A DNA stretch of 64,000 bases from Ophelia neglecta (Eukaryota). Positions 50,706 to 61,962 of the stretch are shown in pieces. A model generated the notes under the pieces. It was not told the origin of the DNA and did not search any database. It saw only the letters and a program-made list of their open reading frames with translations. The DNA is taken from contig OZ260663.1 in assembly GCA_965285935.1 (NCBI GenBank), positions 35,092,001 to 35,156,000 on the forward strand, written 5' to 3'. The position numbers were made by a program, and so were the translations under genes. Positions within the stretch are counted from its first letter, which is position 1; each line of letters opens with the position of its first letter.

Positions 50706-53700
50706 ATGGCTTCGACAGGAGAAGATGGGCCGGTCCGTTCGTTCATGGACGATCCAAAGATTAGCTGGCGTTCAGGAAAGCCGGACTTTTCCGGGGTGGA
50801 CCGAGCTTATATGGAGGGACGCACCCGTCATCACAAGCCAGGTAGCTTGGAGAAAACTATTGAAAACGCAGTCAAAACCTTCGAAATGGAGGCATCGCAC
50901 AAGACTGATATAAAGGTAAGACATTTGCTTTTCAGAAATAATTATTATGACATGATCCTCAATTCTACATGTGTTTTCAACGCCACCATGACAAAATCAA
51001 GTTCCATTGCGGATATAAAAGTGCAAATATCACATTAAATTACTAAGCACCACCATTAACTTTCACAAGGAGTAACAGACATTTAAGGTTCTTGTCAGTA
51101 CGTTTCTCTGTTTATGAGCGATGTGTCTTAACGGTTTTTATTTGAAGATTAACTTTGTTTTGGATCATTTTTATATTTCTTTTTTTTTCTTGTTTTTGTT
51201 GTTGTTTTTTTTTGCTTAATAAGCGAAATAATTTCCGTTATTCAAATAATTCAGAAAATGCCCCAATATCTATGGACACTCGTAGATGTGCTTGACAGCT
51301 GCACTTATCAAGTGTCACGCCAAATTGGCATTATAGTTAGACCCAAATTTAGTCGGGAAGCAAGCATTGTTAAATTATTTTTTTGGCCTAAGGGTTGAAA
51401 TCCGTGCTGGCCAAGACCCATCTCAATTGCCCCGTTAATCCTGAGTAATGTCCAAACACGCTTCTTACCTAGAACAAGAGACTTTTCCTTAATGTATTCT
51501 TTTATTAAATTTCTTTTATCCGGATAAGACAATATCGCAGAAGATCATTTGCTGTTTATCTAACCGTTTGAAAATATCTTGTAATAACCTATATGTGTGT
51601 AGATTAAAAGAGAAATAAGATCCAAGTAGGTGTTAAAAAGGTATATTCTCCGAGCTTTCGACTGATACAGCCGTCATCAGGGTACACAAATTTCAAATGA
51701 GGAAATACAAATAATTTACACCTACATGGACCTTATTTCTCTTTTAATCTATTACTACAGAGGTGAGCATAGCGGACGCAACTTATAGGCCTATATGTGT
51801 GTACACTGAGTAAGACATGCAAAAAGCACCCTAAGCTCGGTTATTTCAAGAGATGGCGAATATTCTAAGACAAAATGCATGGTGTGGAATTGATAACGAC
51901 TGCACCGCACAGTTACCCAACACTGGGTCATTCCGTTTCACCAAAGCATTTTTTTGTAATGAAATTGCAGCGCAATGCATCGTCTCAATTTTGGTCACTA
52001 TATGGCATTTAGCTGGCATGATTGAATTTGTTCTGTCGACATTTGTTAAAGCAATTGCTAAAGGCCGATGAACTAAATCATAAGCCGTAGTCTTATTTGA
52101 GTAAGTAGTTACTAAGATCAAAATAATGTCTTGAGCTTATGTTAAATTTTCGAAAGAAAATAGGATATGGCAGTATGCTATAGTCAATCTATACAGTTTT
52201 ATGGCTTATAATCTATTAATATATGATATTCATTAATCATTATAAAGGCCTTGCATTGTGCACGTTAAAACGGCTCCCATGTAGATGTATAATATGAGGC
52301 GACCATGATCTGGCTTCAATACTTTGAGTGTTCTCTTTTTACAGGATTGGGGTTCTGTTGACCCAGAAAGATTCAAGTTACGGTATAACGGAAGTCGTGA
52401 GTACGGAATAGGTGAAATTATACAAAGGGGAACTTACAATTGCTTTCTTGATGAGAGTCCTCTATATGATTCCAAAGAGAAAACTTTTGACAGCTCCATG
52501 GCCCTGTTCAAAGGCTGTTTTTCTGAGGGGTTTGCCTGGGAAGTCCTGGAGATACAATCTGGTAAGAATCCCCACCGACTACTGATATTCGAGGTTTCTT
52601 AACCCGTTCACGGAGTGTAAGTTACTATTGTATCGAATGTGATTTAAATCGTAGAATCTACCAGCCGAGCTGAACGGCAAACCAGAATCACTCTTTGAAA
52701 GGTAATAAGGAACTAATTCCTGCTTCATACCGAGGGGGGGGGGGGGGGTATTTCAGAGAAAAATATTTTGCCTTATCAGAAATACCGAAAAATCTGGCCA
52801 TGAACGTACTTTGAATACACCGTACCTAAGCAGTTTCTTCATAAAAAAAATCTGGTCCCGAGAAATATTCATCCCATCCCCCCCCCCCCCCCTCCGAAAT
52901 ATCAATATTGGTCGTATAATCTCGCAAGAAGTCCACATGCATGTCTTGAAGAGTTGCAAACAGAAAACTCGCGGCTTTTGTGATCCTTACTGTAGTTCGA
53001 CCAGGCAACGAATTACTTCATCGAGAAGCCCCTTTGACGCCCCTTGCCGGAGTCTGTCGGCCCATTGTAAATGCTCTGTGATTTCGGATGTATACAGTCT
53101 GGAAGAAGGTGGTGGGTTAGGAGTGTGGGAGTGTTCCCCCATACCGCATTCAAATGGTCTTAATGTCCCATGTCTCATGAGCAACAACCCCCCCCCCCCA
53201 CCCAACATACACAAACATACACTTATTTTGATTAACCTGCCCATTCAAGGGGCTGTCGACCCAGGCCTAAAGGAAATTAATACAGAAGCCGAAGGATGTC
53301 GGTCGTATTATTTTACTATGCGACTACATTTTTCTCAGGCAACTAAAGCAAGCCTTTAATAAAAGCAATGTTGGGTTATTTTCTTTTCGGCCTTAAAAGC
53401 TCCCTGGCGCTCTTGTTTAGAGTAATATGAAACAGGCACACTAAATCGTACCAGACCTTAGCTGACTTTCGAAGCTTTTAAAACGAGGCCAGTACTTAGG
53501 CCTAGACTCTTTCAACGACTCTTCCAAACATGATCAGCCTGTGTGTATCCTTATGGTTCGAAATCAGGGGGTTGCTATGTTTAAATGATTTTTTATCAAA
53601 ACATTGCTGTTTTGTAAAATGAAATTCTAACTTAAAGGAGACTTTACAAGAGTAACCTTTTAAGTCCTGTTTGGGAAGGACAATCATTTGCGAAAATAAA

Positions 53701-53983
53701 TTGCCGGGACAAGTTCTTGTACAGTTAGCCTCCAATTTCATGTTTGCCGATAACAGTGTCTGTTTATTTCCCAGGGCCACCGGTTGTATCATTCACTTGG
53801 CGACATTGGGGTCGGTTCGGCGGTCCGTACAAAAATCACAAGCCGACCGGAGAAGTGATCGAGATGTTCGGCAGTAGTGTGGCTACTCTCGATGATCAGC
53901 TGAGAATAGTAGAGGTTGAAATGTTCTTCGACCCTTCTCCAGGACTGGCTAAACTCAATCATGTCAAGTGTCCATTTGTCTAA
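50706..53983 (+). CDS. Pathogen-related protein (PRP) homologue, NTF2/SnoaL-like fold, 211 aa; join(50706..50915,52345..52561,53775..53983)
   Basis: 636 nt of open frame across GT-AG introns (phases 0 and 1). Family motifs WRSGKPDF, GSLE..IENAVKTFEMEASHK, GTYN, GFAWEVLEIQSGPPVVSFTWRHWG, PTGEVIEMFG and C-terminal CPF, recognised from the plant/fungal PRP family. AATAAA at the stop and near 54158. Confidence 0.9.
51588..51803 (-). mobile_element. ~190-bp hammerhead-carrying insertion (Penelope-like pseudo-LTR remnant or mini-retrozyme) with target-site duplication
   Basis: Direct repeat CCTATATGTGTGTA at 51588-51601 and 51790-51803. ~36-bp inverted repeats at 51601-51636 and 51715-51750 enclose the ribozyme. 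Confidence 0.7.
51641..51687 (-). ncRNA. Minimal type I hammerhead ribozyme (Penelope/retrozyme type)
   Basis: The minus strand reads GTGTACC-CTGATGA-C-GGCTG-TAT-CAGTC-GAAA-GCTC-GG-AGAA-TATAC. It has the conserved cores, a 5-bp stem II, a palindromic AGCT minimal stem III and a bulged stem I. Confidence 0.75.
52705..52920. mobile_element. Possible decayed MITE with poly-G/poly-C subterminal runs in the last PRP intron
   Basis: A G-run near the left end and a C-run plus AATATCAATATTGGTCG near the right end. The TIR match is weak. Confidence 0.3.
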
Positions 53984-56220
53984 TAAACACAAGTATCCAT
54001 ATAATGTCTATTAATGTGTATAATATCAAACACAATGTCATTCGTTTTAGTTTCACATCAATTAATCCAATTTAGTTAAAATGCATGTATTCAACAATAC
54101 TGATGAGTTTGGAAGTGGCACTCAATCATATCTTATAAACGGTATCAAGCATGCATCAATAAAGAGGGAGCGGGCTATTGTCGAAAAGTAAAACGATTAT
54201 CCATCAAACTAATAATAGTAAAAATAATATGGCCAATTACTAGAACAGTATATGTTAAAAGTATGTTTATCAAGTGTATCGTTGCAATCAATTAGAGTAT
54301 ATATGAATATATATGCTTTATCTATTGCATTTGAACAAAGGTATGTTTTTCTACCGAAGTATTAGGCGCTACCTGTTTTTAGATTTGTAGATGCTTTACT
54401 TGTCTGATGCTGTGTTCTCTAAGGTTTGATAACCGGAAGTATTTTATTTTGAGGCTTGAAGTTTCGGTGTTGATAAATATAAAGATTTCCTTAGGATTGT
54501 CACCTCGGGCTAATTTCTGAAAAGGGAGGAACGCCTTTCGGTCAATATTAAACGTTTTTTTATCAATACATGTAACAAAATGGAGCAAATAAAGTAGTGA
54601 CATACTAATTTGAGACTTATGTTGGTGCTGGTATTGAAGAAAAAGTAAAGAGAAGAATCATTGTCAGGTCTGACAATTATTATTCAATATGACAATTACA
54701 GTGTCATATGGCGATATTGGTAAGAAGAGCGTTTACTCCATAAATACATCATCAGAATTGACCTAAAATGGCGTTTCTGTCTCATTGTCATCGTTTGTAG
54801 AGAACGTTATGCCAGTAGCCTACTTTTTTACCTTTGCTAAAACTTTCTTCTTTCTGCACTTTTTGTCAGGCCTAAACTCCTTATTAACTCATTGTTGAAT
54901 AACCGATAATCTACCATGCAGCATATATCCTGCTGCCTTGTTCTGCATTGGGGGAACTGGCCTGCATGTATATTAAAAAGACAGTTTAGGGGCCTTGTAG
55001 GTATGGCTCCCGGGAGTGTGTGTCAAATAATCTGACTGGACAGTTCTGGTAGCTGATAGCTCAAAGAAGTGAGCATATAATAACAAGTTGTGAAATCTCA
55101 AGGAGTATTTTTGGAACCCAGAAAATATATATTTCGGTGTTGTTCTTGCACACATCGATATGTTCCTTCACCACTGTCGGAGACGAAGTTCCTGAGAGTT
55201 CTAGCCGCCATCTTTGATCCACTTGGCCTAGCACCAGCACGAGTACAGCTCACTTGGTTGGTACCAGTCGTCATTGTGGGAGACAAAACAAAATCATTGA
55301 TCAATAACTGTTCATTAAATTGGTCCAAATAGGTCATAAACAACATCCGCAGCCCCGAGCACTTCCATACTTAGCTCCCCAATATGACTTGTATCGAAAA
55401 TAATCTTTAAAAACACCCAATTGATATCCCTCGCAATAAGAAGTAGTCAACAGTTTCCCATAATGTCAGCCAGACCCAAAAACAAACAAGCCAAAGGCCA
55501 ATGCGGGACGATAAGGAAATATGCCCTAGAAGAGTCTATGATGGGATGGGCTCTCACAAGAATTATGTAATATGTAAGGGTCCTTGCATTGTCAAAAGAT
55601 ACTGGTCTTCTTAAATAGAGCACCACTTAATATAGTGTTCAGATAATTACTTTAAAGAATATAAATATTTCATATATGATCGGTGATATGATCGTAAATG
55701 AGAGGCTATAGATAAGCGTGTCTCAAGAAACACCACTGAAAAATGTAATGGTTCCATGCATTCTCAAAGGATACCGCTCTTAACTAGAGCTGAATTTTTA
55801 ACAATCTAAACATTTGATATATGATGGGTGACTCTTCCTTAAACTCTTTGTTGTCAGGTTCTTATTGTCAATGCTTTAAAACACACGCAGTAAAATTATT
55901 GCAACATCTCTGAGTAGTCTACTCCTCTCATCCTAGATCAGAAGTCGTAATCAGAAGCTGATAATGGCTTTGTGCCGTAAGATGTATTAAAATTAAGTAG
56001 TGTGAGCTGACAGATACTATAGGAGGTCTGGGCTCTGTGCCACAAGATGCAGAAATTGCTGCCCAAAACTCAAAGATTTTTATTTTAGGCAATGAAGCAG
56101 TATAAGTAGTTTATTGGTGTAATTTTCTCACTTTTAACATGTAGGTGGATGTGAACTCTGAAAGAGAAATAGTAGTATTATATCGACGTAAATTGTAAAG
56201 TGTAGACGTGTTCAAAACCA

Positions 56221-56486
56221 CCGAAGCGTGGCCGACTGGTTAAAAATATGTACTGATAGCTCCCCTGCCAGGCGCCCGGTATCACGGGGGTAGTATCAGG
56301 ACTGGTCAACCCGGGTTAAGTATCATGTGACTGGGTGAGGTGCCTTGCCTGGTGTCTACGGCAGGTACTATATAGTGAGGCAGCACTATAAAGAGGAATT
56401 TGAGCCCACTGTCACAAGTAGGCACCGTGGCCATATGACCATATAAGTGTTCAAAGCCACTTAAAAACCCCAAACAACCAACCAAA
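56221..56486 (+). mobile_element. tRNA-derived SINE with internal deletion of the B-box region
   Basis: A-box-like GTGGCCGACTGGTTAA. Conserved-looking body CTCCCCTGCCAGGCGCCCGG..GGACTGGTC..GTGACTGGGTG..GGCAGCACTATAAAG. Tail TTAAAAACCCCAAACAACCAACCAA. Confidence 0.7.
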
Positions 56487-57839
56487 TCTTAATCACTAAA
56501 ATTCTGTAATGGACCTAGCTGTTAAAAAAGTTCGAAAGGAAAAGCGTTGTTAGAAACTCAAAAAGGAATGAAAAAAAAATGCCAAAGTATAACGGTAATC
56601 GAACAGCAAGTCGAATTAATATTATCTTGGTTACCATGAAATAAATGTTTTGATACCAGAAAATACATACTGTTGGTTTGGCGTCTTATATAGCGAATTC
56701 TTACCAATTAGAATACAAAACTAAGGAATCAGAAGTCAACATATGACGGAGATGAAACACATTCTAAGAGTGTCAATGAAGGAGTAAGGTATTTCTTAAT
56801 TGTGTGACTATAGATGAAACTGACACGTAATACACACGACCAAGCAGAGATGGATGTCAAATGTCCCTGCATACGTAATAGGTTAATGCTATTATACTTT
56901 CTCCATAGCGCAATAAGTATGTAACGTGAACCAGCCACGCTTTTATAGTGATTAGTGTGAACTGAATAAAGACATTTACAACATACAACCCCAGGGTGAG
57001 CTGAGTAGAGCCTTCAAAGCCTTTGCCGCCCTAACTTTAAGGAATTTCGGACCGATTAAATTGAAATTGAATGGATTGTCCCAAGCGATTCATGGCTGAA
57101 TATCTAGTCAGGTTCTAAGGTGGGATTAAATTTTAAATATATGCAATGTCCCTATCAAAAAGTTATAGACATTTTCGTACAATAATGATTTCATCACGAC
57201 ACGATTAGTGTTATTATTGGGCAGTAGTCTGGATGATTGTTTTCATAAGATGGAATGGATTTTTATTGATATACTCAATGAACCATTTTGGAAAACGTTA
57301 GAAGCACGAGAGCCTCATGAGTAGTCAACCTGAATCAGCAATTCATGACAGCAATAGTTTACTACTAAGATGTTAGTTCTATTAAGTTCACAATATGTGA
57401 GTTCAACATATTTTGTCACATTTATTTTTATAAACGAATAATCACATTTTTGGTATAAGACTACGTTATATCCGGGTCTTCTTAAGGAAATAATATTACA
57501 GTTGCTCCTTGAGAATTTCCGGATTCAAAAGATTGACGAAAAATTTGCCCATAAAAACGTTTTTGTGCTGTTCCCCTTTGTTGTTCTACCATATGACAAG
57601 TTTTATATTGATAGGTGATCAGTCTGTTAAAAATAAAACCAGTGTTCTTTGTAGCCAGCACATTATGAATCAGACGTGTTGGTGAAATGCACGCGGATCA
57701 ATTTTCTTGACGTCTAGGAGCATTGGAATATGTGTACGACAAGTGTACAGCAGTGCTTGCAAGAATACATATATTTTAAAATGGGGTTATGAAAATATAT
57801 AATGAGAAAAAGATTTGGTGAAACTGCTTTTTACACTTT

Positions 57840-58230
57840 TCATGTCAGTGGCGTTCCGTATTTATGACCGGCGTTTGTATCGTAGGCGCCCTCTTTCTGG
57901 GGCTGATACGTGTGATATAACACAGTCCCTGGCTCGACGCTTATATTAGCACTGCGCACGCTTCTGGAGCTGGGATGCTCGTAGCCTTCGTAATCATGGT
58001 GACACTTGTGGACATCCGGTCTGATGTCCGGCGGATCCAGACCGTCTTTTGAGCTTATTTGGTCCTGGGTGTACTGATACATAGCTCGTAGACCGCACAC
58101 GTGGGTGTACCCATAGCCGCTGTCACTCACATACGACTTAGTAGTACCAGTAAAAGAATTGATATCCCGTGATTCTAAATTTGTACCGTAAGTAGCGTCC
58201 GCCGCTGCAGCTGATCTCTTCTTTTTCCTC
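57840..58230 (-). CDS. Gene C Tyr-rich cytoplasmic tail exon
   Basis: Acceptor AAACAG. Stop-transfer RRKKKR and motif SDSGYGYTHV. Confidence 0.85.
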
Positions 58231-61200
58231 CTGTTTTTAAAACAAGTAATATAATTACATAAATTATATGGGTACTCTGGTTTGCTGACACTACTTTTAC
58301 AAATCAAATGAGCAAAAAGCAGCATTGACATCACCTTCTACAACTCTAACCATTTTAAATAAGAAGAAACTATGTGTCACAGAGTTTAATCCCTGTTTCG
58401 GAAGGACAGAATGAATTATGGCCAAAGTAGCATTTGCCCAGCTATTATCGCTCTGCAGTCTCCCTGCTACGGCGTATACATACGGCTATTCATCTCCCGA
58501 GTCAATAAACGAGTTTGCGAAATTTTACTTGGGGATCTTTGAGTTCGACTTGCCCTGAGTAAAATATTACTGATTCAAATATAACGAACTGATTAGCAAT
58601 AATTAAACACGACGCACCTTCTGTGACAGGCTAGCACCAGCGAGAGCATGGCTATTCCTATGACAACCCCCAACACTACGCCTGTTACCACGGCAACGAG
58701 AAGGCCTGCGCAGCGGGAGGAAGAACAGAAATGAAAGATCAGCAGAAATACATGACAAAGGTGAGCAGGATTATCAATAAACAAAAAAGTTGGTGGAATG
58801 ACGCAAAGATACGCCTGTGGTATTACTGAACAAATGTGACATTTTGGTATCGTCTTTTAAACACTCGCTAATACAACTTTGATTGATATTTCAATGTATT
58901 GGATTGTAAACTAATATCAACTAGTTTTATAAATTAAGCTGGCATTTAAAGTGATATGAAAAAAGTAAGCTCACCATATGGAAAAGTTTCTTTCGAGCTC
59001 TGTAGCGTCTCTTTGTGATGCTCAATATTAGCTATAACAAAGATATTGGCGCGTGGTTTCATTGAAATTATTGTGAATATAACACGACATATTGGCGAAG
59101 GTCATCCGGACACAATAACCACGCCCTAAATTGAATTCTTGATTTGAAAGAGAAGCGCAGTAATTTTATTTTCGAGCAAGGAAAATAAATCATATGAAAG
59201 AAACATCAGAACATCGAATTCGACTACCAAATTCATTGCGTTATAATTGTTAATAAGCGTTCTTATACTGGTAGACCGACAGAGAGGTGAAATATTGACC
59301 TAGCAATTCATCTGCTTCAGTTCAACTTATCTCTAAGCTGGATTTATTTATCCAAATTTGTAATATGATATATCGATCACGAACGACCATCTCGGTTTGA
59401 ACACAAATGTGATTTAAGCATAAAGGAAAACAATGATGGCGGACATGTATTAAATTCGGGCAATAACCAAGAAACTATTGCTGAAAAGCAAAACCTTTCG
59501 AAGGAATATTTCGTCGGCAAGAGGGTTTCATATTTCAGTCTCATGAGAGATTTTGTTCCTCTCAGCAGCTTATCTTACCGTATGTTGTCTGCATTTTCGA
59601 ACAATTGTTATAAAAACATTTTCTTTGATGTAATATCACTGCAGTATGTGTATTTAATTTAGGACTTGTACCTACCATTTCTGACTGTGCAGTTTTCCAG
59701 CTCTCCAAACCATTCGTTTCCATGACACACAATGTGCCAGGCCTGCGATGTGTAGTTACAGGTGATAACCGCTCGCTCTCGCGACCTCTTCAGCCACGCG
59801 CCAGGGGGCGCGACGGGGTCTGTGCAACCGATAGCTAGCAGAGAAACGAGACATAGTGATAAAATTATGCGATGTCAACTTCAAAGCCTAAAAGCTACTT
59901 TGTTTGGAAACACGTGTTCCAAAATGAAGCTAATATCATCCAGGACACATAATTTGTAATGCTTTGTGCCCTTCTCAGTAATATGACCGTGTTAGATCAG
60001 CTGGTGTTTGATCGAAATAAGAAAATCGAAAGTGGTACCTTTCCAGTCAATATTTTCTGTTTAATCTACGACGAGGCTACACGGCGGTCTTATATTGGAT
60101 AATCTAATGTGCTATCCTAATGACAAACGGACAGTCTGTATAAATGGACATTTTATACAATTTTGTTCTGTAAACATACCAATGCTAAAGGTACATCAAC
60201 TATTACAGGCGTGATATTTGCTTGATATGACAGTCGGTCTAGTGTCTTTTAGAACTCATTCAATGGTGCTATTGATCCATGCTTTTTAAATTAATAATGA
60301 CATCAGAGATGCATTCTTCATTTCTATGGCAGGAGATTTCAATGTGAACATTATCATCGAGGGTACTTTAACTATCGGTTATCAATGATTGTCACGAGAG
60401 AATGTCTGAATAGTTTGCCAAAAAAAATTAATGTGCGGAATGGCAGTAAATTAAGGACAATTTGTAATAACAAACCTCATTTTGCCTAATGCATTCCCTG
60501 GTAAAACGCGTGTCAAGAAAATATGATGTTTTCGGCTTGATTGCTCTAACGTCAGAGTGACTACGTTTTATGATGAGCTGGGCTGGATGTTAATTCTGCT
60601 ACACGTTCTCCTCGTGCGTGCGTACATGTAGTACTTGTAAACTTAGTTATCGGACACATTACCCCAAATAAGCCGTCTAGAAACGACATCTAGGCAGCGT
60701 GGACATTAACATCGAGGCCCCCGTTTATATAAAATTCGTTAATTGTACAAGTTGAAGTTTTAAGTGTCAAATTATCGAGGTTTTGTAATATAATCGTATC
60801 GTGCATACACGGTTTACAACGCCGGACTTGCGTGATGAATATAGCCGGATAGTACGAGTGACTGTCAGTATTGGAGAGCGGTTCATATTTCCAAAGGCAC
60901 TTACCATTATATTTGAGAGCAAAATACACAGGCTCCTTCTCCATTTTGAAGCTCATGATATGCACTTCAATCTTATTAGTCTCAGAGATGTAAACGCTAC
61001 GCTCCCTGATCATACTGCCGCATATTGTAATATCCGAAGCCATGCCGCGTTCCTTTATTTTGGCGTATACGTGACACATGTTTCCGGTCTCGGCAAATCT
61101 CGAGGCGACGCCGAAGTCCAGTAGGGTTATGTTGATTCGCTGTCCGGGTGGGAGCGCGATGACCCAGGGACACCTGTGGGAGCCGTAACCCAGCTCCTCT

Positions 61201-61962
61201 GTGACCACGCTGGCCAGGTAGCCATTGGGTCCCGTCGCAGATAACCCTCCAGGGTAGCTACAGCTCCGCCCTCCACCGTACTGAACTAAAAACAAATCAA
61301 AATACGAAAAACATGACTAAACTGGGACAATTTATATTGATTAATATACTGGCGAATTTGGGTAGAAATTCAATAAATAAACAAAATTTGAAATGAGCAA
61401 GAGTTAGTGGAGAATCTTTCGAAATAGCAATGTCATGGCCAATAAATACATAATGTAACTAAACGTTCCATTGAATATTGCACTGTACAGCTCAGTGAGT
61501 GAAGACATAAGGACAGAACGCTGTTTATAAATACATGTATGTTTTGTAGAAGGGTGGTATCTAGCAGACCTATTGCCATGAGCACCACGTTGGCACTAGC
61601 GCCAATAAAACTTCTTATTTGAGTTGTAAGCCCTATTACAGTATAATAGTGTCCAAGTAAAACACAAAATATGTGCTTACCATTTTTACAGGCATATTCA
61701 GCCTCTAGGTAGGAGAACATATCCTTCGGACATGGCTGTAACTTGTGTAGCTCATCGTCAGGTATATTTATTAAACAGCCATGCCTCCCTGAACACTTCC
61801 TGTCCACGTGCGAAAGAACATCGGCGTAACAACCCACGTGATCGTCTGACGTCACACATTTTCCTCTGTTCATGCGACCATATTTGGCAGACTGCATTAT
61901 CATGATTTGATCCCTGTCACACGTGGCGTTGAATGACTTAGGGAAACAGTACTCTTGCACAC
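57840..61962 (-). CDS. Gene C (5'-partial): divergent SUEL-CUB-sushi-like membrane receptor; complement(join(57840..58230,58618..58705,58975..59031,59676..59834,60905..61285,61681..61962))
   Basis: Six exons in frame with the same phases as A and B. The signal exon was not identified and may lie beyond 64000. Confidence 0.88.
58618..58705 (-). CDS. Gene C transmembrane exon (GLLVAVVTGVVLGVVIGIAMLSLVLACHRR)
   Basis: 88 nt. Acceptor GCGCAG, donor AAG|GTGCGT. Confidence 0.9.
58975..59031 (-). CDS. Gene C stalk mini-exon (ANIEHHKETLQSSKETFPY)
   Basis: Acceptor GTTATAG, donor ATG|GTGAGC. Same position and phase as the A and B stalk exons. Confidence 0.75.
59676..59834 (-). CDS. Gene C sushi/CCP-like exon (AIGCTDPVAPPGAW...TCNYT...VCHGNEWFGELENCTVRN)
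   Basis: Acceptor CTGCTAG, donor AATG|GTAGGT. Cys/Trp spacing conserved. Confidence 0.88.
60905..61285 (-). CDS. Gene C CUB domain exon
   Basis: Acceptor TTTTTAG, donor AATG|GTAAGT. CPWVIALPPGQRINITLLDF. Confidence 0.92.
61681..61962 (-). CDS. Gene C SUEL domain exon
   Basis: Acceptor GTTTCAG, donor AATG|GTAAGC. SAKYGRM..KCSGRH..QPCPKD. Confidence 0.92.

Noticed and set aside
1060-54110. Other CTGANGA motifs (e.g. ~1065, 12842, 26530, 47608, 54100) as hammerheads
   Set aside because: None has a stem II followed by GAAA.
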